Below are positions 25,142-34,252 of a stretch of 52,845 nucleotides of DNA, piece after piece. Positions within the stretch are counted from its first letter, which is position 1; every line of letters starts with the position of its first letter. Source of the stretch: a virus (taxonomy: Duplodnaviria; Caudoviricetes); IMG/VR virus record IMGVR_UViG_3300044825_001160, positions 1 through 52,845 of that record; one strand, 5' to 3'. The position numbers and the translations under genes are program-made. The notes below the pieces were generated by a model, which saw nothing but the letters and a program-made list of their open reading frames with translations, was not told where the DNA came from and made no database searches.

Positions 25142-26994
25142 TGATGTTAGTCACGATTGACTTTGAGACCTTCTATTCCAAGGAAGTCTCGCTTACGAAA
25201 ATGACAACTGAGGAGTACATCAACCACCCGCAGTTCCATGTCATTGGCATGGGCATCAAGTACAACAACGAACCAACCCGGTGGGTCACGGGCGAGAGTG
25301 AGATCAACAAAGAACTAGTGTCAGTCAATTGGCAAGAAGCGGCGCTGCTTTGCCACAACACAATGTTCGATGGAGCCATTTTGGCGTGGCGCTTTGGGGT
25401 ACGGCCAGCGATGTACCTCGATACGCTTTGCATGGCGCGTGCGCTACACGGCGTGAATGTAGGTGGCTCGCTCGCTTCCCTTGTCCAGCGTTACGGGATC
25501 GGCGAGAAGGGCACAGAAGTAGTCAACGCGATGGGCAAACGCTACGAGGACTTCAGCCCGGAGGAGCTAGCCCGCTACGGCCAGTACTGTGTGAACGACG
25601 TGGACCTTACGTTTGCTCTGCTGGAGAAGCTGGGGCACGGGTTCCCGGAGGATGAGGCGTCTCTGATTGACATGACGATCCGTATGTTTACGGCTCCCGT
25701 GTTCTATCTGAACGAGGGGTTACTTATCCATAAGTTAGAAGAGTTGCGGGAACAGAAGCAGCATCTGCTTGGCGAACTGATGGGTGAGCTTGGCTGTCCG
25801 GATGAAGAGAGCGTACGTAAGAAGCTCTCCAGTAACCCGCAGTTCGCTGAGATCCTGCGTGAGCGTGGCGTGCTGATACCGATGAAGACCAGCCCAGCAA
25901 CGGGCAAGGAGACGTACGCTTTTGCCAAGAACGACGAGGGCTTTATCGCACTGACTGAACATGAAGACCCCATCGTGCAGCAACTGTGCGCGGTGCGTCT
26001 GGGTACTAAATCGACGCTGGAGGAGTCACGCATCGAGCGGTTCTTGCAGGTGGCGGCACGTAACGGTGGGCTATTGCCTGTCCCGCTGAAGTATTACGGC
26101 GCGCACACAGGACGCTGGAGCGGATCGGAGGGGGTCAACTTCCAGAACCTGCCGAGCCGGGACAAGAACAAGAAGGCGCTCAAGAACGCCGTGATCCCAC
26201 CGCTGGGGCACAAGGTGATCAACTGCGACTCTTCGCAGATCGAAGCGCGTGTACTGGCGTGGCTGGCGGGACAGGAAGATGTGGTACAGCAGTTCCGGGA
26301 TAAGCGAGACGTGTACTCGGAGTTCGCCAGTAAGGTGTACAGCCGCACGATTACGAAGGCAAACCCGACCGAGCGGTTCGTCGGCAAGACCTGCGTTCTC
26401 GGCCTCGGCTATGGCACTGGGGCGAAGAAGCTACGCCACACATTGGCAACGACGCCCCCGGGCGCTTACTTGCCAGAGGAAGAGTGCAAGCGGATCGTGG
26501 ACCTGTACCGGTACACCAACGACAAGATCGTCGCTCTGTGGCGCGCTTGCGATCAGGCGATCCGAGACATGCTGGCTGGGGGGTTCAAGCCATATTATCT
26601 GGACGCACACAAGCTGATCCTGATTGAGCCGCAAGGGATCAGGTTGCCGAATGGGTTGTACATCCGTTACCCGAACCTCCGGACAACCGATGACAGTCGG
26701 ACGATCTACGACTCCCGCAAGGGACCGGTGAATATCTGGGGTGGTGCGATGGTGGAGAACATCGTACAGGCACTGGCCCGGATCGTGGTGGGGCAGCAGA
26801 TGCTGTGGATCGGTCGCCACTACCGTGTGGTGCTGACCGTGCATGACGCTGCAGTGGTTGTTGTTAAAGACAGTGAGTTGAGCGATGCGATGGAGTACGT
26901 CACACTCTGCATGTCCACGCCACCTGCGTGGGCACCGGGCCTCCCAGTCGCTTGTGAGGCGAAGTCAGGCTCTACGTACGGGGAGTGTGGATGA
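25141..26994 (+). CDS. polA: DNA polymerase, family A, with 3'-5' exonuclease domain
   Basis: ExoI IDFET, ExoII HNTMFD, ExoIII YCVND; HTGRWSG, NFQNLP, motif A DSSQIEARV, motif B RFVGKTCVLGLGYG, motif C VHDA. Confidence 0.95.
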   Translation: MMLVTIDFETFYSKEVSLTKMTTEEYINHPQFHVIGMGIKYNNEPTRWVTGESEINKELVSVNWQEAALLCHNTMFDGAILAWRFGVRPAMYLDTLCMARALHGVNVGGSLASLVQRYGIGEKGTEVVNAMGKRYEDFSPEELARYGQYCVNDVDLTFALLEKLGHGFPEDEASLIDMTIRMFTAPVFYLNEGLLIHKLEELREQKQHLLGELMGELGCPDEESVRKKLSSNPQFAEILRERGVLIPMKTSPATGKETYAFAKNDEGFIALTEHEDPIVQQLCAVRLGTKSTLEESRIERFLQVAARNGGLLPVPLKYYGAHTGRWSGSEGVNFQNLPSRDKNKKALKNAVIPPLGHKVINCDSSQIEARVLAWLAGQEDVVQQFRDKRDVYSEFASKVYSRTITKANPTERFVGKTCVLGLGYGTGAKKLRHTLATTPPGAYLPEEECKRIVDLYRYTNDKIVALWRACDQAIRDMLAGGFKPYYLDAHKLILIEPQGIRLPNGLYIRYPNLRTTDDSRTIYDSRKGPVNIWGGAMVENIVQALARIVVGQQMLWIGRHYRVVLTVHDAAVVVVKDSELSDAMEYVTLCMSTPPAWAPGLPVACEAKSGSTYGECG

Positions 26995-27641
26995 TCAAGT
27001 GGTCCTTCAGTGGGTTGAAAGATTTCATTAATTGCCCGAGGCAATACCATGAAATCAAAGTTCTTCAACGCTTTGCCAAGAAGGCCACGCAGCAGATGCT
27101 GTATGGCACTGAGGTACACAAGGCGCTGGAGGATTACGCGCGGGATGGCAAGGAGCTACCGGCCTTCTACGCGAAGTATCAGCCCATGTTGGACTCACTC
27201 CTTGCGATCCCGGGTACGCGCTATCCGGAACACAAGATGGCGCTGACGGAGGACAAGGAACCGTGCGCGTTCGATGCAGAGAACTACTGGGTGAGGGGTA
27301 TAGTCGATCTGCTTATTGTGGACGGGGATCATGCATTCATTGTCGATTACAAGACAGGCAGCAACAAATACCCCGACCCGAAGCAGCTAAAGCTGATGGC
27401 TCTCATGACCTTCGCACACTTCCCGCAGGTCACCCGGATCAAGGCGGGACTGCTGTTCGTTGCACACAACAGCTTCACGACTGAGGAATACACACGAGAC
27501 CACATCAATTCGATGTGGAACATATTTGCCGCTGATCTGATGCGGCTGAAGGTGGCGATGGAGACTGGGGCTTGGTCCCCCAACCCGACGCCGTTATGTG
27601 GATGGTGCCCTGTGGCAACCTGTGAATTTCATAAGGGGTGA
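26991..27641 (+). CDS. PD-(D/E)XK nuclease (RecB/Cas4-like exonuclease)
   Basis: WSFS...CP, GTEVH, RGIVDLLI, VDYKTG, QLKL, C-terminal LCGWCP...C. Confidence 0.9.
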   Translation: MIKWSFSGLKDFINCPRQYHEIKVLQRFAKKATQQMLYGTEVHKALEDYARDGKELPAFYAKYQPMLDSLLAIPGTRYPEHKMALTEDKEPCAFDAENYWVRGIVDLLIVDGDHAFIVDYKTGSNKYPDPKQLKLMALMTFAHFPQVTRIKAGLLFVAHNSFTTEEYTRDHINSMWNIFAADLMRLKVAMETGAWSPNPTPLCGWCPVATCEFHKG

Positions 27642-27644
27642 CAT

Positions 27645-27899
27645 ATGCCATACGTCAATAAGCCCAGACCTTACAAGCACGAGTACAAGAAGCAGAAGGC
27701 TCGCGGTGAACACGAGAACCGCATGGAGCGGCAGCGCGCTCGCAGGAAGCTGGACAAGGACGGTATTGATCGGAAGGGCAAGGACGTTGCTCACGTCAAG
27801 GCGCTGTCCAAAGGTGGCAGCAACTCAGATGGTGTGCGGCTGGAGTCGCCGAGCAAGAACCGTTCGTTCCGCCGGAAGAAGGACGGCTCCATGGCGTGA
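27645..27899 (+). CDS. Small basic HNH-like protein
   Basis: KDVAHVKALSKGGSN...SPSKNRS. Confidence 0.6.
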   Translation: MPYVNKPRPYKHEYKKQKARGEHENRMERQRARRKLDKDGIDRKGKDVAHVKALSKGGSNSDGVRLESPSKNRSFRRKKDGSMA

Positions 27900-27948
27900 A
27901 AGTAGTAGATCTTATTTAGTTTCATTTGGTTTTGTATAAAGGTGGAAA

Positions 27949-29535
27949 ATGAAAGTTATAGAAGACACAGCAATCGAGTTGCGCCTTCCGCAACCAATAG
28001 CCGATGCAGTCCTGCGCAGGATTGAGAAGTCCGAGAAGCTGCGTCAGTACGGGACGAAGTCCGATGTCCTCGTTTACTGGGGACACAACGAGATCCAGAC
28101 GCTGACTCGTCTGCTGGATGCGTACCAGCCAGATCCGTCCCTGCCCGATACGCCTTCGCCGATCTTTCGGGATTACAATTGGCCCGGTATCTATTCGCCA
28201 ATGGGCCATCAAAAGGATACGGCATCTTTCCTGAGCGTGCGGCCCCGTGCGTTCTGTTTCAACGAGGCAGGTACAGGCAAGACTTCTGCTGCTATCTGGG
28301 CGGCGGACTACCTGATGACCAAGAAGATGATCAAGCGCGTGCTGATCATCTGTCCGCTGTCCATCATGTACTCGGCGTGGCAGGCGGATATCTTCAAGAC
28401 AGCCATGCACCGGACGACGGGCGTTGCGCACGGGTCAGCAGACAGGCGGGCAAAGATCATCCAAGGAGATTACGAGTTCGTCATCATTAACTTCGATGGC
28501 GTAGCGGTTGTCCGGGACGAAATCGCAGCCGCCCAGTTTGACTTGATCATCGTGGACGAGGCTAACGCTTACAAGACAGCAACGACGAAACGATGGAAGA
28601 CGCTGGCCAAGCTGATCACGCCGCAGACATGGCTGTGGATGATGACTGGCACGCCTGCATCGCAGTCGCCTGTGGATGCATTTGGTCTCGCCCGTCTGAT
28701 CTCTCCCGAGCGCGTGCCGAAGTTTGTCACGGCGTGGCGCGACAAGGTCATGACGCAGGCATCCCGGTTCAAGTGGGTGCCGAAGTCCAACGCCAAGGAA
28801 GAAGTATTCAAGGTACTTCAGCCAGCCATACGCTTCAGTAAATCGGAATGCCTTGATCTGCCCGAGGTGACATATCAGACACGCGATGTGCCGCTCAGTC
28901 CGCAGGTGGCGCGGTACTACAAACTCCTGAAGTCGCAGCTACTGATCGAGGCAGCAGGCGAACAGATCTCAGCAGTCAATGCAGCAGCGTCGATGAGTAA
29001 GCTGTTGCAGATCTCAGGTGGTGCAGTCTACACAGACAAGAAAGATGTTGTGGAGTTCGATGTTGGTCCGCGTCTCGGTGCATTGAAAGAAGTGCTTGAT
29101 GAGACGCTTCAGAAGGTTGTAGTATTCGTACCGTTTATTCATACTATTGAAGTCGTCCAACGGTTTCTCAATTCGGAGGGTATCAGTAGCGAAATCATCA
29201 TGGGTTCAGTACATGCAAGGGAACGTGCGGAGATCATCAACAAGTTCCAGACTCAAGAAGATCCCCGCGTGTTGTTGGTTCAACCACAGTCAGCATCACA
29301 TGGAGTTACGTTAACAGCAGCAGATACAGTTGTGTTTTGGTCGCCAGTGCTTTCAGTAGAGACGTACATGCAGTGTATAGCCCGAATAGATCGGGTCGGT
29401 CAGAAGAACAAGATGACAGTGGTTCATCTACAAGGTTCGGATGCAGAGCGCAAAGTGTACGCAATGCTGCAAGGCAAAGTTGATAGTCATCTCAAGTTAG
29501 TCGATCTGTACAAACAGGAGTTGAACGATGAGTAA
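27949..29535 (+). CDS. SNF2-family (SF2) helicase
   Basis: EAGTGKT, IICPLS, IIVDEA, MTGTP, HGVTLTAA, QCIARIDRVGQ. Confidence 0.93.
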   Translation: MKVIEDTAIELRLPQPIADAVLRRIEKSEKLRQYGTKSDVLVYWGHNEIQTLTRLLDAYQPDPSLPDTPSPIFRDYNWPGIYSPMGHQKDTASFLSVRPRAFCFNEAGTGKTSAAIWAADYLMTKKMIKRVLIICPLSIMYSAWQADIFKTAMHRTTGVAHGSADRRAKIIQGDYEFVIINFDGVAVVRDEIAAAQFDLIIVDEANAYKTATTKRWKTLAKLITPQTWLWMMTGTPASQSPVDAFGLARLISPERVPKFVTAWRDKVMTQASRFKWVPKSNAKEEVFKVLQPAIRFSKSECLDLPEVTYQTRDVPLSPQVARYYKLLKSQLLIEAAGEQISAVNAAASMSKLLQISGGAVYTDKKDVVEFDVGPRLGALKEVLDETLQKVVVFVPFIHTIEVVQRFLNSEGISSEIIMGSVHARERAEIINKFQTQEDPRVLLVQPQSASHGVTLTAADTVVFWSPVLSVETYMQCIARIDRVGQKNKMTVVHLQGSDAERKVYAMLQGKVDSHLKLVDLYKQELNDE

Positions 29536-29929
29536 CATAGATGTAGAGGGTTTGGTGAGTGCGTATCTGGCCATCCGCTCGGCTCGTGAAAAGCTGTTGC
29601 GGGAGTACGAATCAGAAGACGCAGTTCTCAAGCGGGAGTTGAGCGCGCTGGAATCCGTCATGCTCAACGTGTGCAACGATGTTAACGCTGACAGCATCAA
29701 GACCCAGTACGGGACTGTCATGCGCAAACTCAACGAGCGGTTCTACTGCAACGATTGGGACAACTTCCGTAGCTTTATTCTGGAGCACGGCGCTGTCGAG
29801 TTGCTGGAGCGGCGGATTCATCAGGGGAATTTCAAAGAGTTCATGTCATCTCATGACGGCGAGGGCCTACCTCCCGGTGTGAACGTCATGCGCGAGTTCG
29901 GTATCACTGTCCGTAAGTCTTCCAAGTAA
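29528..29929 (+). CDS. Conserved replication-module protein
   Basis: YLAIR...SIKTQYGTV...DWDNF...LLERRI...LPPGVN. Confidence 0.65.
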   Translation: MSNIDVEGLVSAYLAIRSAREKLLREYESEDAVLKRELSALESVMLNVCNDVNADSIKTQYGTVMRKLNERFYCNDWDNFRSFILEHGAVELLERRIHQGNFKEFMSSHDGEGLPPGVNVMREFGITVRKSSK

Positions 29930-29940
29930 GGAGCATTGCT

Positions 29941-30837
29941 ATGAGCCAAGATATCATCACTCAGATCCAGAACAGTCTCGCACAGGTCCAACAGGGGCTG
30001 GACGAAGACACGCTTGCCGTCGCGGGTAACACTGGCAGCGTCAAGCGCATCTCCATCAAGGGCGGCGTCTTCCGCAAGATGGCGGGTGGCAAGGAGGTCG
30101 GCAAGGTGGAGGACCGCCACCTGAACGTCATCTTCGTCAAGATGGCGCACGACCCCAGCCGCACGTACTACTCGCAGTCCTACCGCGAGGGCGAGAAGAT
30201 CTCCCCTGCCTGCTGGTCGAGCAACAGCAAGACCCCGGACCCGGAGGTGAAGTCGCCGCAGGCGGCGTCTTGCGACAAGTGCCCGCACTCGGTGAAGGGT
30301 AGCGGACAGGGCGGCACGGGCTCTGCCTGCCGTCTGTCTTGGCGTACGGCTGTTGTCCTGCCCAACGATGTGGGCGGCGATGTCATGCAGCTTGTTCTGC
30401 CTGCCACGTCCTGCTTTGGGAAGGAAGACACCGGTCGCTGGCCGTTCCGTCCCTACATCCAGATGCTGGCTAGCAACAACATCTCGGCAGGGCGCGTTGT
30501 GACCCGCATGCAGTTCGATACGAACTCGCCTGTACCGAAGTTGATCTTCTCCCCCGCCGCTGCTGTCAGCCCGGACGATATCGCTGATATCCAACGGCAG
30601 GCCAAGAGCCCGCAGGCGGAGAACTGCGTCAAGATGAATGTCTATCAGGCAGACGAAGCAGGCGCACCGCGCAAAGCGGCGGCAGTTGAGGAGCCCGAGG
30701 CACCGCCCGCCCACGTTGATAGCGACGTAGAGGAAGTGGTCGAGGAGCCGACACTTCGCAAGGCGGAGCGTAACGCGGCACCACAAGATGCGTCGGCGGA
30801 TGTCCCCGACATCATCAAGAAGTGGTCGAAGAAGTAA
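29941..30837 (+). CDS. Putative ssDNA-binding / annealing protein
   Basis: RISIKGGVFR, RTYY, PACWS, CDKCP, ACR; acidic tail ending in W; strong codon bias; position in the replication module. Confidence 0.55.
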   Translation: MSQDIITQIQNSLAQVQQGLDEDTLAVAGNTGSVKRISIKGGVFRKMAGGKEVGKVEDRHLNVIFVKMAHDPSRTYYSQSYREGEKISPACWSSNSKTPDPEVKSPQAASCDKCPHSVKGSGQGGTGSACRLSWRTAVVLPNDVGGDVMQLVLPATSCFGKEDTGRWPFRPYIQMLASNNISAGRVVTRMQFDTNSPVPKLIFSPAAAVSPDDIADIQRQAKSPQAENCVKMNVYQADEAGAPRKAAAVEEPEAPPAHVDSDVEEVVEEPTLRKAERNAAPQDASADVPDIIKKWSKK

Positions 30838-30849
30838 GGGGTAGCCGCC

Positions 30850-31161
30850 ATGCCACGTCCGTATGGGGACAAACTACTGCGTAGCCTCCAGACAGCCGAG
30901 GAAGAAACCCTTGGTATCGAACTTGGTCGGGTGTGCGTGGCGGCGAATATACCTGCTGCCTACGTAGCGATTGCGCTGGAAGCCTCGCGAATGACGGTCT
31001 ACTCTTGGTTCCGTGGACAAGACATCCGCCGGAATCGACGCAAGATCGTCAGGACTCTTGTGGAACTCATGAAGCAAGACTTGGAGACCGGCATACTGCC
31101 CGCCAAGGATTACAACGCGGCGCGGCAATATATCGAGAGCCTAGCGGGAGTCAAAATCTAG
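30850..31161 (+). CDS. Putative HTH DNA-binding protein
   Basis: AYVAIALEASRMTVYSWFRG resembles a Cro/XRE-type HTH. Confidence 0.6.
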   Translation: MPRPYGDKLLRSLQTAEEETLGIELGRVCVAANIPAAYVAIALEASRMTVYSWFRGQDIRRNRRKIVRTLVELMKQDLETGILPAKDYNAARQYIESLAGVKI

Positions 31162-31180
31162 CGAATCAACCCGATCAATC

Positions 31181-31205
31181 GGCGGGGCCACGCCCCGCCT
31201 TTTTT
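31181..31205 (+). terminator. Intrinsic terminator immediately upstream of the primase gene
   Basis: GGCGGGGC-CAC-GCCCCGCC-TTTTTT. Confidence 0.8.
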
Positions 31206-31218
31206 ATCTCTGCGGTCC

Positions 31219-34053
31219 ATGAGAAAAGAATTTTATCAGAAAGTATTGCCAGCGCAGGGCGTCTATTGCGCCACCGGCATAGCAAACGGACGAGTCGCAA
31301 ACCGTTTTGCCGATACGCTAGAAGACCTCTTAGAGATAGTAGAGAGATTAGAACAGGATCAACTCAATGTATTCGTAGCCTTCAGTACGTTCCGAGACTC
31401 CAACAGAAAGGCTGACAACGCGGTCTTCACCCGATGCTTTGTCATAGACCTTGATGTGGGAACGGGGCCGAAGAAGTACGCGAGTAAGAACGAGGCGATT
31501 CTGGATCTCTTCCAATTCGTAGAGGGGCAGGGGCTGCCGCCTCCCGTGCTGATTGATTCAGGCACAGGGGTCCATGCCTATTGGCCCTTTGCGGAGGACG
31601 TGCCATCCGAGCGGTGGGTGCGCTGCGCTGAGCAGTTCAAGGCGTTCTGCCAACGGCATATCCGTATCGATCCTGCAGTGACGGCAGACCGGGCACGCAT
31701 CATGCGCGTACCGGGATCGTTGAACTACAAGACCGATCCACCCTCACCATCGAAGTTTCTGACAGACGAGTTCTGGCAGTATGACTTTGAACTGTTCCAA
31801 CAGTTTTTGGATGAGGTAGAGCCCAGTCAGGCATCCCACGTACTGGCAGGGGTGGTGCGTGGGTTGGACGAAGACACTGAAAGCGTTGCCAAGGTAGATC
31901 CGAATTTCGAGACGGTGTTTGCCATCATCGCCCAGAAGAGTCTGGACGACGAAGGTGGATGTGCGCAGATCAAATATATCTTGGAGAACGCAGCGACTTT
32001 ACCCGAGCCGTTGTGGCGCTCCGGTCTTTCCCTTGCCCGGGCATGTGTGGACTGGGAAGAAGCGATCCACGTCATGTCTGCCCCGTATCCAAACTACAGC
32101 CCAGAGGACACCCTCCGGAAGGCCAATGGAACAGTCAACAAAGACGGCAAATGCATGCCGCACAGTTGCGTTGTCCTCGACAACGAGAACCCCGGAATCT
32201 GTCACACCTGCCCCTACTGGGGAAAGATCACCAACCCCCTCGTCCTTGGGCGACAACTCAAAGCGCCAGAGAGGTCCACGGAGGTCGCAGTTCGGGAGAA
32301 CGAGGGTTCCGAAAAGGTTCCGGTCTACACCACCTACCCAACAGAACTAGAGCCATTTCGCCGGGGGGCGAACGGTGGGGTGTGGTATACGCCGCCGCCC
32401 AAGCGAGACAAAGACGGCGTCCTTGTTCCCCAGAAACCTATGCAGTTGTGGAAGCACGACATCTATCCCATCAAGCGGATGTATGGGGTACACGATGGGG
32501 AATGCCTGATGATGCGGCACATCATGCCGCATGATGACATCCGCGACTTCTTGTTGCCGATGGCGTCTGTCTATTCAGCAGACAAGTTCAAAGAGATCTT
32601 CACCCGGTATGGGGTGTTCTTTGATCCTGAATCCACACAGCTTATGGCGAAGTACGTCATCAAGTGGGGAGAGTACATGGTGAATCAGCAGGGGGCAGAA
32701 CAGACCCGCACACAGATGGGCTGGACTGCGGATGGACACGGGTTCGTCATAGGGAATACGGAGATCCAGCGTACCGGGAAGACCGCACGCACTGCCGCAT
32801 CACCACTTGTCCAAAGTATAGCCAAGCTGCTCCGCCCAGTAGGGGATTACGAGAAGTGGAAGGCAGCGGCAAGCCGTCTGAACGAGCCGTATTTCGAGAT
32901 GCATGCCTTTGCGCTGTTGTGTGGGTTCGGCTCTCCCCTCATGCCCTTCACATCTACCAAGGGCGTCAGCGTCTGCTACACGGGGGGATCAGGTAATGCC
33001 AAGACGGGTGCGCTGTATGCCGCGCTCAGTCTGTTTGGCGACCCTGTAGATCTCAGTCTGGCAGGGGGCAAGGAGAGTGCCACCGACAACGCCCTTGTGC
33101 AGTGGTACATGGGCCTGAAGAACATCATGATGGGGCTGGACGAGGCGTCGAATCGCAAGCCAGAGGAAGTATCGAACCTTATCTACAAGGTCTCGCAGGG
33201 CAAGGCCAAGCTCCGTATGCAGGCGTCAGTCAACGCCGTGCGGGAGATTGACCTCACCGCTGCCCTCATTACGTTCCTCACATCGAACCAACCTCTGATC
33301 GACAAGCTCACGCTGTTCAAAGGCAGCCCGGACGGGGAGCTAGCACGTCTGGTCGAGTTCATGATTGAACGGCCAAAGCCTTTGGTGGACAACGCTTCGC
33401 TTGGTAAAGAGATCTTTGACACCTTCCGGTTGAACTACGGGCATGCTGGTCCTGAGTACATCAAGCATCTGTTCGCTGTGGGTGACGACTACATAAGCGA
33501 CTTGATTAAGAAATGGGCTAACAGATTTAACAACTCGTTTGGCCTTGACACGACGTACCGATTCTACGAAAGCCTTGTGTCTGTTGCCTTTGCTGGCGGC
33601 GAGCTTGCAGCAGAGGCAGGGATCATCGACTTCGATCTCAACCGGATCTACGCCCATGTGATAGCTGGGATGATTGCAATCCGGGATGGTTCAGTCCGGA
33701 TCAACAAGGCGGACTATGAGACCGTGCTGGGTGAGTTCCAGAACCTGCATCAGAACAACACGCTGATCATTGACGATGGCCGTGTGCTACGTGAACCACG
33801 CGGGCCACTTGTAGCTAGGATGGAGATAGATACACGCATGTATTACGCATCCAAGCGTGAGATGCGAGCGTTCCTGTCAGAGGCACAGTACAGCGAGGCG
33901 GAGTTTACAAAGTACATGGAAGCACGCGGCGTCCTGACTTTTACCGGGAAGCAACGTCTTACTAAAGGCTGGTCCGGTATGAGCACCAACGCCCCGATAG
34001 CTGTCTATGGGTTCAAGAACGCTATACCGGAAGATTTCTTCAATGGAAGTTGA
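31219..34053 (+). CDS. Primase (AEP/RepB-like) fused to a DUF927-type helicase-like domain
   Basis: IDLDVG, DSGTGVHAYW, RIMRVPGSLN, Cys cluster C...CHTC, QMGW, GGSGNAKT, LDE, NYGHAG. Confidence 0.85.
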   Translation: MRKEFYQKVLPAQGVYCATGIANGRVANRFADTLEDLLEIVERLEQDQLNVFVAFSTFRDSNRKADNAVFTRCFVIDLDVGTGPKKYASKNEAILDLFQFVEGQGLPPPVLIDSGTGVHAYWPFAEDVPSERWVRCAEQFKAFCQRHIRIDPAVTADRARIMRVPGSLNYKTDPPSPSKFLTDEFWQYDFELFQQFLDEVEPSQASHVLAGVVRGLDEDTESVAKVDPNFETVFAIIAQKSLDDEGGCAQIKYILENAATLPEPLWRSGLSLARACVDWEEAIHVMSAPYPNYSPEDTLRKANGTVNKDGKCMPHSCVVLDNENPGICHTCPYWGKITNPLVLGRQLKAPERSTEVAVRENEGSEKVPVYTTYPTELEPFRRGANGGVWYTPPPKRDKDGVLVPQKPMQLWKHDIYPIKRMYGVHDGECLMMRHIMPHDDIRDFLLPMASVYSADKFKEIFTRYGVFFDPESTQLMAKYVIKWGEYMVNQQGAEQTRTQMGWTADGHGFVIGNTEIQRTGKTARTAASPLVQSIAKLLRPVGDYEKWKAAASRLNEPYFEMHAFALLCGFGSPLMPFTSTKGVSVCYTGGSGNAKTGALYAALSLFGDPVDLSLAGGKESATDNALVQWYMGLKNIMMGLDEASNRKPEEVSNLIYKVSQGKAKLRMQASVNAVREIDLTAALITFLTSNQPLIDKLTLFKGSPDGELARLVEFMIERPKPLVDNASLGKEIFDTFRLNYGHAGPEYIKHLFAVGDDYISDLIKKWANRFNNSFGLDTTYRFYESLVSVAFAGGELAAEAGIIDFDLNRIYAHVIAGMIAIRDGSVRINKADYETVLGEFQNLHQNNTLIIDDGRVLREPRGPLVARMEIDTRMYYASKREMRAFLSEAQYSEAEFTKYMEARGVLTFTGKQRLTKGWSGMSTNAPIAVYGFKNAIPEDFFNGS

Positions 34054-34252
34054 AGTCGTTGATAACGAGCCCGTATGGGGATTCCCGTTTGAGTGGATGA
34101 GCATAGGGGACAGCTTCTTCATCCCGACGCTGAAGCCGGAAGAGATGCTCTATGTCATAGATACCCGGGCCAAAGACGCCAAGGTCAAGATCAAGGCATT
34201 CATCACCCACAATGATGGGTGCCTTGGCGTCCGGGCATGGCGCGTGGCTTAG
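34043..34252 (+). CDS. Small conserved protein (possibly DNA-binding)
   Basis: FPFEWMSIGDSFFIP...GVRAWRV; last gene of the plus-strand block. Confidence 0.6.
   Translation: MEVEVVDNEPVWGFPFEWMSIGDSFFIPTLKPEEMLYVIDTRAKDAKVKIKAFITHNDGCLGVRAWRVA

Noticed and set aside
26991-27641. Cas4 of a CRISPR system
   Set aside because: Lies in the replication module with no cas genes or array; ordinary phage PD-(D/E)XK exonuclease
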